Source of the DNA: a virus | Taxonomy: Duplodnaviria; Caudoviricetes | IMG/VR virus record: IMGVR_UViG_3300034170_000057 | Length of the DNA stretch: 64,000 nucleotides | Direction: 5' to 3' (one strand) | Shown: positions 55,131-64,000 of the stretch, piece by piece | How the letters are laid out: the number at the start of each line of letters is the position of its first letter | Position numbering within the stretch: the stretch's first letter is position 1 | Translations under genes and position numbers: made by a program | Notes under the pieces: generated by a model | What the model was told of the DNA's origin: nothing | Database searches by the model: none | Seen by the model: only the letters and a program-made list of their open reading frames with translations

Positions 55131-55702
55131 GTACGGATTTAAGCTCGCTTCTCAAACGCATGAGCAATCACGATCACGTCGTGAATTTCCGCTTCCCTTC
55201 GCATTTCATTCATACGCGGTTTAATAAGATCCGTGCGAAAGATCAGCGCCGTACAGACCTGATCGAATTTTTCCGCGCCGAAGTTCTGCTGCCTGCTGCG
55301 CGTTTCGCTTATCGCGCTATGCAACCGGAATATGCGGGCGAGGATAATATGCCGTCCCACGTCTGGAAGCGTGCGCGAGGCATGTGCCTGAATGCGTGTA
55401 GCAAACTCGATGTGCTGCTGGACGATGGTTTTGTTACGCTGACATTTACCGTCGTAACTCACACGATGGTGGAAGAACGCGACCTGCGCAAAATGCTGGA
55501 TGCCATCGACAACCATATCGGAATGGAGCAGGTAATTCACAGCGAGAATAAAAAACTTCGCAAGGAATCCAGCGCAGCGTTCGACAAATACGAGGACTGG
55601 CGCAACGGTGCCTACTCCGATATTCAGAAGGCAATTCTGAACGCAACTTTCTTCGGGACTCCCGGCGAAGGTATCTACACAATCCAATCGACATACATCT
55701 AA
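55127..55702 (+). CDS. hypothetical protein
   Basis: 191 aa. Confidence 0.75.
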   Translation: MSTDLSSLLKRMSNHDHVVNFRFPSHFIHTRFNKIRAKDQRRTDLIEFFRAEVLLPAARFAYRAMQPEYAGEDNMPSHVWKRARGMCLNACSKLDVLLDDGFVTLTFTVVTHTMVEERDLRKMLDAIDNHIGMEQVIHSENKKLRKESSAAFDKYEDWRNGAYSDIQKAILNATFFGTPGEGIYTIQSTYI

Positions 55703-55710
55703 GGATTAAT

Positions 55711-56274
55711 ATGAGCAACGAAGCCAACAAGCGTAATATATTTCCGGTTCGCAACCGTTCCGATATTCCGCGTCTTGTTCGTGCGTACAGCGATATGGGT
55801 CAAGATTGCCCATTCGAGTTTGAAGGCGAGTATCCGAAAGATTCCATCGACGGAACACAGTGGTGGATGAAAATCGAACCGTCTCCAAAAGGTAAGCACA
55901 TTTTCGACCTGCTGTTTTACACCGATCAGCAATTGGTTGAGGCTGTGAATAACCTGACGCCAGACCTTGCACGAATCTCGCTTGTCTTTGATTCGCCAGC
56001 CCACGGGGATTATGAACACCTACATAAAAACCTGTGGCTGGTACGCACCATGGAAGGCCTGTATGCAGCGGCGCGTAAGGCTGGCCGGGTTCACGGCAAT
56101 TGCCGGATCAAACTCGACACGAAAATGCACGTAACGGTGGATGCTTCTAAATTCCCGGCGATTGTTGCGTTGGAGAAAAGTAAATTTGCCGATACGGTGG
56201 AAGTAGTCAGCATCATGACTGACACGACCATGCGTTTCGCACTGGAAAAAATGGCAGGAATACAAACACCATGA
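55711..56274 (+). CDS. hypothetical protein
   Basis: AAGGA RBS, 187 aa. Confidence 0.75.
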   Translation: MSNEANKRNIFPVRNRSDIPRLVRAYSDMGQDCPFEFEGEYPKDSIDGTQWWMKIEPSPKGKHIFDLLFYTDQQLVEAVNNLTPDLARISLVFDSPAHGDYEHLHKNLWLVRTMEGLYAAARKAGRVHGNCRIKLDTKMHVTVDASKFPAIVALEKSKFADTVEVVSIMTDTTMRFALEKMAGIQTP

Positions 56275-56657
56275 CATGGCACACCGTAGTAACCATTTTA
56301 TCTATGAGCGGCGTTTTGTTTATTACCGCTCTTTTACGCGGCGCACAAAGTAAAGCGGCTTCCGGTGGTCATAAACGTATGGCGTTCTGTGGCGGTTCTG
56401 CAATGAGTGCCTGTGAACTAATCGTGATGATTACCATGGCAGGCGTTGCCATGACTTTGCCGAATCCGTACTACGCGCTTTTCAGTAGTTTCGGCGCAGG
56501 TTGCGGTTGGGTTGCGGGCATGGTGTTGCATGATCGCGTGATGCGTAAACGTCGTGAGAAACTAAAGCTCGCCAAGAAAGGCCGACGTGTAAAACAAATC
56601 GACCGTGTTGCCCGTGAGGCAATGGAAGAATTCCTGATCGAAAAGGGGTTGCTGTGA
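56271..56657 (+). CDS. small multi-TM protein (LxGxQ...LH family, paralog B)
   Basis: LFITALLRGAQSK...GAGCGWVAGMVLHDRVM. Confidence 0.75.
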   Translation: MTWHTVVTILSMSGVLFITALLRGAQSKAASGGHKRMAFCGGSAMSACELIVMITMAGVAMTLPNPYYALFSSFGAGCGWVAGMVLHDRVMRKRREKLKLAKKGRRVKQIDRVAREAMEEFLIEKGLL

Positions 56658-57391
56658 TTTTATTTCAACGCGCTATTCCGAAAATCAGTTTGACGTTTGA
56701 TATAGGCGCATGCATTACGCCGGACGCGCCAATTAATCACTGCATGATTTACTGCGCAACCAAGCCATACCAATACTCACATATTATTGTGAAAACGTTG
56801 GTCGAAGACTGGCTGCGTACTGCACGGCAACCCTATCCGCCCGACCGCCCGATCATAAATCTGAAATTTGAGTATGTAAGTACCATCCACCGCGACCGGC
56901 TTTTCCAGAACGGTTATTCCGTGCTGTGCCTTATTCCGGGCTTGCCTCCGATACTGCATTGGGGTTGTCCGGGTAACGTGAGCATGCACGACCTCATGGG
57001 TATGGCGACCGTTATCAAAACGTTTTTGTATTACTATGAAACCGATTTGAAACCCACCATCGCGAGGCGCCTACAGTGTACGTACCCTGTCGATTACCCG
57101 CAGGAAACCCGGTGCTGCCGCGCTATGGTTCATGAGTTGTTCCGGCAGGTTTCCAACGCAGCACGCGAACAGCGTATTGCGTATGGCCGTAGTGAATTAT
57201 ACGTGGCGCCAGAAAATACCTGCGAGGACGAATATTTCTACATGCTGTGGCACACTAGTAAGGCCTACCGCATCCGCGTCGATTTCGATAACTTCGACCT
57301 GAAGTTTTTGGTGCCGCAGAAATTGTTCGACCTGTTCGATTCGTGTTTCGGCGCCGAACTCACTTACCATATGGTTCCAGAAGGAGAATAA
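56654..57391 (+). CDS. hypothetical protein
   Basis: GTG start, 245 aa. Confidence 0.7.
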   Translation: MILFQRAIPKISLTFDIGACITPDAPINHCMIYCATKPYQYSHIIVKTLVEDWLRTARQPYPPDRPIINLKFEYVSTIHRDRLFQNGYSVLCLIPGLPPILHWGCPGNVSMHDLMGMATVIKTFLYYYETDLKPTIARRLQCTYPVDYPQETRCCRAMVHELFRQVSNAAREQRIAYGRSELYVAPENTCEDEYFYMLWHTSKAYRIRVDFDNFDLKFLVPQKLFDLFDSCFGAELTYHMVPEGE

Positions 57392-57395
57392 AAAG

Positions 57396-57638
57396 ATGCG
57401 CACTAAATTCCGTAACATGGATCAACTGAAAGGCGCTGCGAATCTGTACGGCTTTCGTGAACCCCACGCGGGCGAGTCCGAGGAATCGTACCGCTCTGAC
57501 CTTTCCGATCACGTCTGCAAAACCGACGTAGTGGCCGGGATGGAAATTCACAACGGCAAAGGCTGGCAAGGTTTCGACGAACTGGAAAACCTTGTGATGC
57601 TTGCAGCAGCGGCCCGCCAGAATTCCGCACGTTATTAA
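57396..57638 (+). CDS. hypothetical protein
   Basis: AAGGAG RBS, 80 aa. Confidence 0.75.
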   Translation: MRTKFRNMDQLKGAANLYGFREPHAGESEESYRSDLSDHVCKTDVVAGMEIHNGKGWQGFDELENLVMLAAAARQNSARY

Positions 57639-57663
57639 TTCACTGCCATTAAGGGAGCAACAC

Positions 57664-58134
57664 ATGATCGTAAACAAATCCGAAAACCTGAATTTCAGCC
57701 GTACCGCTACCGGCGTCGTACTGATCGACCACAAAAACGAAAAGGTGCTGCTGGTCACGTCTCTGAAATTCCCCGGCTTGTGGGTTTTGCCGAAAGGTGG
57801 TTTGGAAGACGGTTTGACCGCCGAGGAAAACGCGCAGAAAGAAACCCGCGAGGAAGCCGGGATCGCCGTTCAACTGCACGGGAAGATTTACGACGAAGTT
57901 TTGCACTACCCGGCAACCGGCGACCGCGAGGAAAAGATTCAGCGCGAGATTTATTTCCGTGGCTCGTTTCTGTCTTACGTCGATTGGGAAGAGTACCAGT
58001 TGCGCAAACGTGAGTGGTTCACCATTGACGCTGGTCTGTCCTCCCTGATGAACTCCGAACAGTATGAAGTGGTGAAGCTGGCGAAGGTCGCGGCATTGCT
58101 GGAACACGCGCAGTCGCAAGGCTATAGCGCTTAA
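57664..58134 (+). CDS. Nudix hydrolase
   Basis: WVLPKGGLEDGLTAEENAQKETREEAGI = Nudix box (variant with K15); AAGGGAG RBS. Confidence 0.9.
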   Translation: MIVNKSENLNFSRTATGVVLIDHKNEKVLLVTSLKFPGLWVLPKGGLEDGLTAEENAQKETREEAGIAVQLHGKIYDEVLHYPATGDREEKIQREIYFRGSFLSYVDWEEYQLRKREWFTIDAGLSSLMNSEQYEVVKLAKVAALLEHAQSQGYSA

Positions 58135-58182
58135 CGTCGTGTAGCAGCTATAGGGGCTAAACCCTTGATCCATGGGGAGAAC

Positions 58183-58269
58183 TTGACACCGGGTGCTTAG
58201 CGATGCCAGTATGGCGGCTGGGCATTCGCTGCCCGCTCATTCAACCCTCACGGATTAAGGGAAGTTTAG
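58183..58269 (+). promoter_or_regulatory. sigma70-like promoter plus conserved leader (copy 6)
   Basis: TTGACA(58183)-N18-CAGTAT with TG extension; hairpin gggc/gccc 58220-58234; CCCTCAC 58245; GGAAGTT 58259. Confidence 0.65.
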
Positions 58270-58521
58270 ATGGGTACAATGAAAGCTAGGCCCACTGTTT
58301 GGGCACGGCCACACTATGGCTTTGTGGCGGTGCTGCTGGTGTTGTTCGCTGTTGCGCTGTGCTACCAATCGACACACGTTGTAATAGGTGCCGTTGGGAT
58401 TCTGGTTTGTGTGGTGGGCCTGTTCTATGTAGGACGCGGCACCGATTCACGCACAATCAAGATCGAGCGCCTTAACATGGCAATGTTTGCCGTGCTGTTC
58501 ACTTTGACGATGTTCAATTAG
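58270..58521 (+). CDS. small membrane protein (3 TM)
   Basis: Three hydrophobic segments. Confidence 0.75.
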   Translation: MGTMKARPTVWARPHYGFVAVLLVLFAVALCYQSTHVVIGAVGILVCVVGLFYVGRGTDSRTIKIERLNMAMFAVLFTLTMFN

Positions 58522-58540
58522 CCCCTACGAGGTTTTATTC

Positions 58541-59350
58541 ATGGCCGCACATTCCCACACCACGTATTCCCTAAAACACTTCCACTACATTTTCACCGTG
58601 CTGGATGTGACGGTTAAGAAAATGGAAGCGCACGTAATTGCGTTGTCCCGTGAAGAGTCAGACATGCTTTTCAAGCGTGCATGCCCGAACGTGTGGACAA
58701 TGTTGGATACGCGGGAACTCGGTACAGCTAAGCAGTGGATCATTCGCGGCAAGAAAACCCGCGTTGAACGTCCGCACGTTTATCAGGTTGGCGAATACTT
58801 CGACGATACCGATACAGCTACACCGTTCACCGACTTTGTGAACCTGTACGTGGACACGTTTAAATCGTTTCCCCTGCCGAATCTGCGTCACCAGTTGTTC
58901 AAGCATAACGGCACGCACGTTCCTACCGCAGAACAGTTGGCAATCATCGCGGATGAAACCGGCGAACGTGCCGAATATATTCAGGCATTGATCGACCAAG
59001 AGTTTCGCGCCCGGTGGTTTGAAAACACCGTTACTCGTTTCGGCGCTGTTCACGTTCTTACGGTCGTGAGCAAAAACGAATATGAGGCGCTGATGATTGG
59101 ACGCGGTACAGAAGCCGCGTGGGCACGCCTGCAAAACAGCATGCCTAACTTCGGCCTGACCAGATACTATCCAATGACTGCCGGGGAACTGCTTTTCTTC
59201 CACGATATGAATGGTGGCCTTTCCTCTTCGCTGGAAATTTACAGCGGTAAGGTTTCGATTCTGGACTTCCCGAAACGCACCTTGAAATACCTGTGTACGA
59301 TTGACTCTCGCTTTGCCGATTTGGCAGCGAAAGAAAAACAATCCATCTAA
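58541..59350 (+). CDS. hypothetical protein
   Basis: GAGG RBS, 269 aa. Confidence 0.8.
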   Translation: MAAHSHTTYSLKHFHYIFTVLDVTVKKMEAHVIALSREESDMLFKRACPNVWTMLDTRELGTAKQWIIRGKKTRVERPHVYQVGEYFDDTDTATPFTDFVNLYVDTFKSFPLPNLRHQLFKHNGTHVPTAEQLAIIADETGERAEYIQALIDQEFRARWFENTVTRFGAVHVLTVVSKNEYEALMIGRGTEAAWARLQNSMPNFGLTRYYPMTAGELLFFHDMNGGLSSSLEIYSGKVSILDFPKRTLKYLCTIDSRFADLAAKEKQSI

Positions 59351-59358
59351 ATACCGAA

Positions 59359-59381
59359 GGGGGCTTGCCAAAGCGGCCCCC
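59359..59381 (+). other. intergenic hairpin
   Basis: gggggc...gccccc just upstream of an AGGAGA RBS. Confidence 0.5.
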
Positions 59382-59400
59382 GATTCTAGGAGAAATACCC

Positions 59401-60915
59401 ATGGCTGCAAAAATCACCCGTAAAGCCGCTGTTGCAGAGCTGGCTGATAAAAAACCGGCTGTAAAGGCTCTCGACAAAATCACTGCTACAAAACCAGCGC
59501 GCAAACCACGGGAAGCAAAACCCGAAGCGAAACGTCGTTTGTCCAAAGGCAGGCCAGTCGCTGAAACCCCAAAAGCCAAGCCGGTGAAGCCTCTGCAATT
59601 CCGGGATCTGTGGAGTGAAAACGTTCTGACGATCAAGGAATACGTTAATCGTTTCGGGGGACATGACGCCGCACGCGTATACATCGACTACGCCGAAGAC
59701 GAATTACCGAGCAATATCCTACGAATTAACAAAGGCATGCTTTGCAGCATGATCGCCGGTTCTGATCAAGACGTTGAGCGCGCCTATCGTCGTGCGTTGA
59801 TCAGCTACAACCTCGGCCAACTGGCGCCGCACCAAGTTGCGAACGTACAGCGCCTATACAGTTCACAGACGATTGCGAAATGGCGCAAAGAAATTTCGCA
59901 CCCTAGCTATGAAACGCTAACGGAACTGGAAAGCTACGGTATTTATTTGGTAGCAGGTTCTATTCTGGAAGAGGACGCGCCACAACAGCCACCACAAAAA
60001 CAACCGGGCGCGCCGTTGTATCCAGCGGGCGACGAAATCTACGAAATCTTTAAATTGCGTGATTTGGAGCGCTGCGCTTATGCAGCGGTTGACTACGAGC
60101 GCAACGTAAACACGAATATGGCTTTCGACGATTACGAACGCTTGAGCAAAATTGCAGCGTTCCGGGCCATGATGGAATTGTGGCCCTTGTCATTCCGCCA
60201 TTACGCGAATGTGGGGGCTGATATTCGTGATGTAACGTGGACCCTGATCACCGACGAATTCAAGGCTGTGGTGAGCCATGAGCGCGTCGAAGTCATTATC
60301 GGCACCGATGTTGCGGGGTACACGCTGTACGCCAGCGTAGATAGCTTGGAGGAAGCATTGGAGGGTGTGTTCCACCACTTCGACACCCTGAGTACCGATC
60401 AACTGCAAGGCATGCTGAGAACCGTGGGGTTCGACCAGATGTACGTGGCCGGGATGAAATTCGATTTATTGGCGAATCGCTCTTTTAATCCGGGGGCGTT
60501 TGTAAAGCCGACGTATGAACACGCCGTCGAGATTTACCATAACAGCGCACGTATGTCCGCTGCCGATTTCCTGCTGCTGGCGGCGCAAACCACACGGGGC
60601 GTTTTTATCGAGCGCGCAGAAACGCACGGCACGTTCGACGAATACAATTTGATCGTGGATGACATGTTGTTTCGCGTCATGTATTTGGACAAGACAGATG
60701 CGTCGAGCAACGTCCACCATTGTGTGGCTTCCCTGAGCCTGCACCAAAACATTTTGATGACAGGTCGTCTGTCGCTGGAAGCACACGGCGTGTACATCGC
60801 TGAAAATTCAGTGATGCAATTGCCCGTCAGCGAAGCAGCGCAGGAAAGGTTCTTCCCGGACGTTGAAAACACCGAAGACGAAATCCTGTTTATCAACAGC
60901 GTGACATTCGTCTGA
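59401..60915 (+). CDS. large protein with K/P/A-rich N-terminal tail
   Basis: AGGAG RBS, ATG 59401; KPARKPREAKPEAK. Confidence 0.8.
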   Translation: MAAKITRKAAVAELADKKPAVKALDKITATKPARKPREAKPEAKRRLSKGRPVAETPKAKPVKPLQFRDLWSENVLTIKEYVNRFGGHDAARVYIDYAEDELPSNILRINKGMLCSMIAGSDQDVERAYRRALISYNLGQLAPHQVANVQRLYSSQTIAKWRKEISHPSYETLTELESYGIYLVAGSILEEDAPQQPPQKQPGAPLYPAGDEIYEIFKLRDLERCAYAAVDYERNVNTNMAFDDYERLSKIAAFRAMMELWPLSFRHYANVGADIRDVTWTLITDEFKAVVSHERVEVIIGTDVAGYTLYASVDSLEEALEGVFHHFDTLSTDQLQGMLRTVGFDQMYVAGMKFDLLANRSFNPGAFVKPTYEHAVEIYHNSARMSAADFLLLAAQTTRGVFIERAETHGTFDEYNLIVDDMLFRVMYLDKTDASSNVHHCVASLSLHQNILMTGRLSLEAHGVYIAENSVMQLPVSEAAQERFFPDVENTEDEILFINSVTFV

Positions 60916-60921
60916 TGCACC

Positions 60922-60955
60922 GGGCCATGCTTTGATAGGTGGCCCTTTTATTATT
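60922..60955 (+). terminator. intrinsic terminator
   Basis: gggcca...tggccc followed by ttttattattt. Confidence 0.65.
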
Positions 60956-61006
60956 TACACGGCTATAAATTTTTTAAGAAACCAAACCGGGATCAGAGGG
61001 TTTTCC

Positions 61007-61639
61007 ATGATGTTTTACATATCGGTTGGTGCCATGGCGTCGAACCGTTCCATTGTCGATTCTTACGCGGCGCAAATGGGATGGAGTGTGGAGCGGGCGA
61101 CCGCTACTTTAAACGCATACGGAACGGGCCTTTATTTGCCCCCGTTGGAAGAGGTGAAAGCACTTAGCACCCTCGACGATTTTGAAACCGAATGGCGCAT
61201 TGCCCTGTACGCCTATCACATTCTGGAAATGCAGCGGCTGGGTGCAGACCTCAACGCCGTCTGTAAGCCTGAGACGCGGGCCAAGTGGATACGCGGGGCG
61301 TCTGTGGTATCCGACAAGCTCAAGCGCAAGTTTCTGGATGTACTGGGCGTGGATATCGACCACGTGCCAGAAGGGCGCCGCTACACACATGCTGGCGACG
61401 GTGTGGGGAAGAAAATTGTAATCGACACGCGGCGCAATCATCTGCGCACGGATCGTTTCTGCTGGACGCTTTGCCCTGTGCATGAAAATGCCTACGTGGT
61501 GAAGTTGGAAAGCCGAAAAGAAATCGAAGACCTCGAAGAGGAATTGCGGCGTCTCGATATTTTCACAATGCCTACGGGCGATTTTATGAGCGCCGTTATT
61601 CCGGCACACGAAGCGAAGGTGTATTATGCCAAACCATGA
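61007..61639 (+). CDS. hypothetical protein
   Basis: GAGGG RBS; start moved to ATG 61007. Confidence 0.7.
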   Translation: MMFYISVGAMASNRSIVDSYAAQMGWSVERATATLNAYGTGLYLPPLEEVKALSTLDDFETEWRIALYAYHILEMQRLGADLNAVCKPETRAKWIRGASVVSDKLKRKFLDVLGVDIDHVPEGRRYTHAGDGVGKKIVIDTRRNHLRTDRFCWTLCPVHENAYVVKLESRKEIEDLEEELRRLDIFTMPTGDFMSAVIPAHEAKVYYAKP

Positions 61640-62040
61640 AAAAGATTTATCGTAGCGCCAACCAAAAAGGTTGGTACATTCCTGAGCGCTTTGAAACCCA
61701 GCGCCAAAAGTTTCTGGATGTGGATTTTGGTAGTCCCGAGCAATCGTATGCAGCAGCTATGCGTGAGCTAGAGCCTGAAGACGCAACACTCCGGAAACTA
61801 GAAACGAAATCTCGTTCGAATAAAACGAGTGAATTGCCGGTGGGCATTACGCACTATACTGTGCGCGACGGCAATCAAGTTAAACACCGGTTTGCAGTTT
61901 GTAATCCGGTGACAGGCAGACCGCAAATGGTACACATCGGAAACGATAATACCTACCTGCGGAACTGGGAACCCAAAATGGCAGTTGCCGAAGCACTTCG
62001 CGAATCATTCGTTGACGAACACAGGGAAATGCAGGCATGA
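61636..62040 (+). CDS. AP2-like DNA-binding protein (tentative)
   Basis: KGWYI...QKFLDVDFGSPEQSYAAA and SNKTSELPVGIT linker, as in AP2/HNH-associated domains. Confidence 0.5.
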   Translation: MKKIYRSANQKGWYIPERFETQRQKFLDVDFGSPEQSYAAAMRELEPEDATLRKLETKSRSNKTSELPVGITHYTVRDGNQVKHRFAVCNPVTGRPQMVHIGNDNTYLRNWEPKMAVAEALRESFVDEHREMQA

Positions 62041-63137
62041 CCATATCGCAGCAACAGATTACAGACATGACGGAAGACCGTCGCAGTTTTCAAGAATTTT
62101 ACGACGTGCTGTTCGTAACCAACATTTACGAGTCCGCGAATTTCTTCGTCGAGGTATTCGATAAGTTCGGTCGGCATACCAAAACCCTTTACGGCAACGT
62201 GTTTCCGAAAGTTGGCGAACCGTTTGGCGACTACGAGGTTTCTATCGTCGCACAAGGCCTCACGCAGTTTCTGTATGACATGAGCTGTATTCATCGCTCT
62301 GCCTCAACGAAGACTGTTGTCTATCCATGGGCGGGTCTGCACGTTCAAGATATCCTCCGTTACGTTCGTGGTGAATTGAGTTTTATCAGCGTGGCGAACG
62401 GTGTGGTAATCACTGACGAAAAAACAACGCCTATTCGTCTCCCGGTGGCGGCCAAGCCTCTTTTGATGGGACGCGAATTGCTGGAACTGCGCGCCCTATT
62501 TAAAGAGGTGTACCGGCCTCACATGTTGTCGCAGTTTCTGGAACGCTGGAAAGACAACATTGTGGATTGCTGCAATGTGCCAAAAACCCAAGAGGATTTA
62601 CTGGGCGCGTTGGAACATTTGGCGGCGCTGCATAATCGCTCTTTTGAGTACGGCCCGGAAGGCGTCGGCATTTCCTACGTGATTGGCGGAAACGTCAAAG
62701 TGAAATACCACAAGCCGAAGAAAGCGGTTTTGATCGAAGACGCATACGGGGGAGTAGTCGAACTCGACTTAGGCTCTGACGTGGTTGGCGTTGTTCTGGA
62801 GGCGATCACAGGCGCCCCGGACACCGGCCTAATGGGTATTCACGAAAGCAAGGGTTATGCAGCCCTAGAAGACCTCAAAGAGCGCCTAGCGTACTGCCCG
62901 GATGACCGCATGCAATCCTACGTGCGCCACGGGAGTGAATTCGTTGTGAACCGTCGCGACCGGACGAATCACACGGGTAAGCTGGTTACGGCAAAGGATC
63001 AATACGATCAGACCTATCTGATTTTCGTGATGGAAAAAGACAAGGCAGTTGTACGCTGTGAATTGCACACCGCTGACCTATCGGAAGTCGGCAAGTTCTA
63101 CGACGTAATCACCGGCTATATGGACGTGAACAAATGA
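62037..63137 (+). CDS. hypothetical protein
   Basis: 366 aa, ATGA overlap. Confidence 0.8.
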   Translation: MTISQQQITDMTEDRRSFQEFYDVLFVTNIYESANFFVEVFDKFGRHTKTLYGNVFPKVGEPFGDYEVSIVAQGLTQFLYDMSCIHRSASTKTVVYPWAGLHVQDILRYVRGELSFISVANGVVITDEKTTPIRLPVAAKPLLMGRELLELRALFKEVYRPHMLSQFLERWKDNIVDCCNVPKTQEDLLGALEHLAALHNRSFEYGPEGVGISYVIGGNVKVKYHKPKKAVLIEDAYGGVVELDLGSDVVGVVLEAITGAPDTGLMGIHESKGYAALEDLKERLAYCPDDRMQSYVRHGSEFVVNRRDRTNHTGKLVTAKDQYDQTYLIFVMEKDKAVVRCELHTADLSEVGKFYDVITGYMDVNK

Positions 63138-63877
63138 ATAAATTCCGTGAGGAACTGGAAGAGCTTCTGGCCTTCCGCAAGGTGCCTTACATCGCAATCG
63201 AAAACACGGTTGCAGTGGACGGGATAGAAATTGAATTCCGTGCAAAGGAATATGCGATCAAGGCGTACCAGCGTGCGGACTATCTGACTACCCTGAAACC
63301 GATCACCATCGGGCGTTTCCACTACAGCGATCTTGCGTTGGAAGCGTTGACCGGCGTTGCGGATATGGCGAAGGAATTGATGCGCTGGCGGAAAATGCCG
63401 GGTTTCAATGTTCCGGAAATTGTGTTTGCTTTTGGCGAGCGTACTTTTCTGGCCGGTCGTAAATACTGGGCAGACGCCGGGCACATGTTCATTTACGCCA
63501 TGTACCGAATCCGTGGCGTGAACAGCAATCACGAAACGTTTGTGGAACTGATTTCGGATCACGGCACCCGTGAGAAATTCGTCGGCAAGAATCAACCGTT
63601 CGTGCTGAAGGAAAAAGCCTTCCTGAAAGTATCAGCTGATCCGTTTGTGGTGCGGTCGGAAAGTTATTATTCGACCATGACCAGTCTGCCCATAGATCCG
63701 AACATGGTTCTGGCGTGGTACGAACGTCGGCAGAAAACAATCACTACCAATCAGGCGGAATGTGAGGCACACGGAATTACAATTGCGCAGGAACGTGTGC
63801 AGTTGGCGAACTTCCTTGTGCTGGTCCCGCGTGAAGAATTTGCAATCCCATTACTGTTCCCGCATGAGTGGAACTGA
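63134..63877 (+). CDS. hypothetical protein
   Basis: 247 aa, ATGA overlap. Confidence 0.8.
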   Translation: MNKFREELEELLAFRKVPYIAIENTVAVDGIEIEFRAKEYAIKAYQRADYLTTLKPITIGRFHYSDLALEALTGVADMAKELMRWRKMPGFNVPEIVFAFGERTFLAGRKYWADAGHMFIYAMYRIRGVNSNHETFVELISDHGTREKFVGKNQPFVLKEKAFLKVSADPFVVRSESYYSTMTSLPIDPNMVLAWYERRQKTITTNQAECEAHGITIAQERVQLANFLVLVPREEFAIPLLFPHEWN

Positions 63878-63887
63878 GGAAATCAAA

Positions 63888-64000
63888 ATGGCCGCATTCC
63901 ACACTTTTCAAAAGCAGATTAATTATGTGCAGGAATTCCTGACCGCCCGTGCAATTCCATTTGATGTGGATAGTTCGCGCTGGGGGCCGATCATCCTGAC
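63888..64000 (+). CDS. hypothetical protein, 3'-partial
   Basis: GAGGA RBS; MAAFHTFQKQINYVQEFLTARAIPFDV... Confidence 0.65.
   Translation, partial: MAAFHTFQKQINYVQEFLTARAIPFDVDSSRWGPIIL

Noticed and set aside
1-64000. tRNA, rRNA, CRISPR array, integrase or IS elements
   Set aside because: No cloverleaf, regularly spaced repeats, catalytic motifs or terminal inverted repeats were found by eye; the GTTCGATCC at about 15284 lies inside a CDS.

Overview
The window is a gene-dense stretch of about 135 mostly small, closely packed or overlapping CDSs, all on the + strand. It contains no rRNA, tRNA, CRISPR array, integrase or transposase, and no recognisable core replication or capsid genes. This fits the early/accessory (host-takeover) region of a large lytic dsDNA phage. 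A gammaproteobacterial, Pseudomonas-like host is inferred from sigma70-type promoters, AlgP-like KPAA linkers and ACP-like domains. Recognisable products are two acyl-carrier-protein-like domains that both lack the phosphopantetheine serine (DDL and DNL instead of DSL), a KTSC-domain protein with histone-like K/A/P linkers and three internal repeats, a LemA-like plus TPM-like membrane pair, a Pol-beta-type nucleotidyltransferase, two tandem GNAT-fold proteins, a 2OG-Fe(II) oxygenase-like protein, a Nudix hydrolase, an AP2-like protein, a YfaP/DUF2135-like protein and several HTH/RHH and Zn-ribbon proteins. Non-coding structure is rich. Six copies of a promoter-hairpin-CWCTCAC/CCCTCAC-GGAAGTT-ATG leader occur, along with a duplicated terminator/RBS cassette, a hairpin family with a shared CATTC/GAGTG core, and a candidate ~130-nt branched structured RNA at 12436-12567. 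All family calls come from motif recognition by eye; no database search was run. Minus-strand ORFs are treated as shadows.
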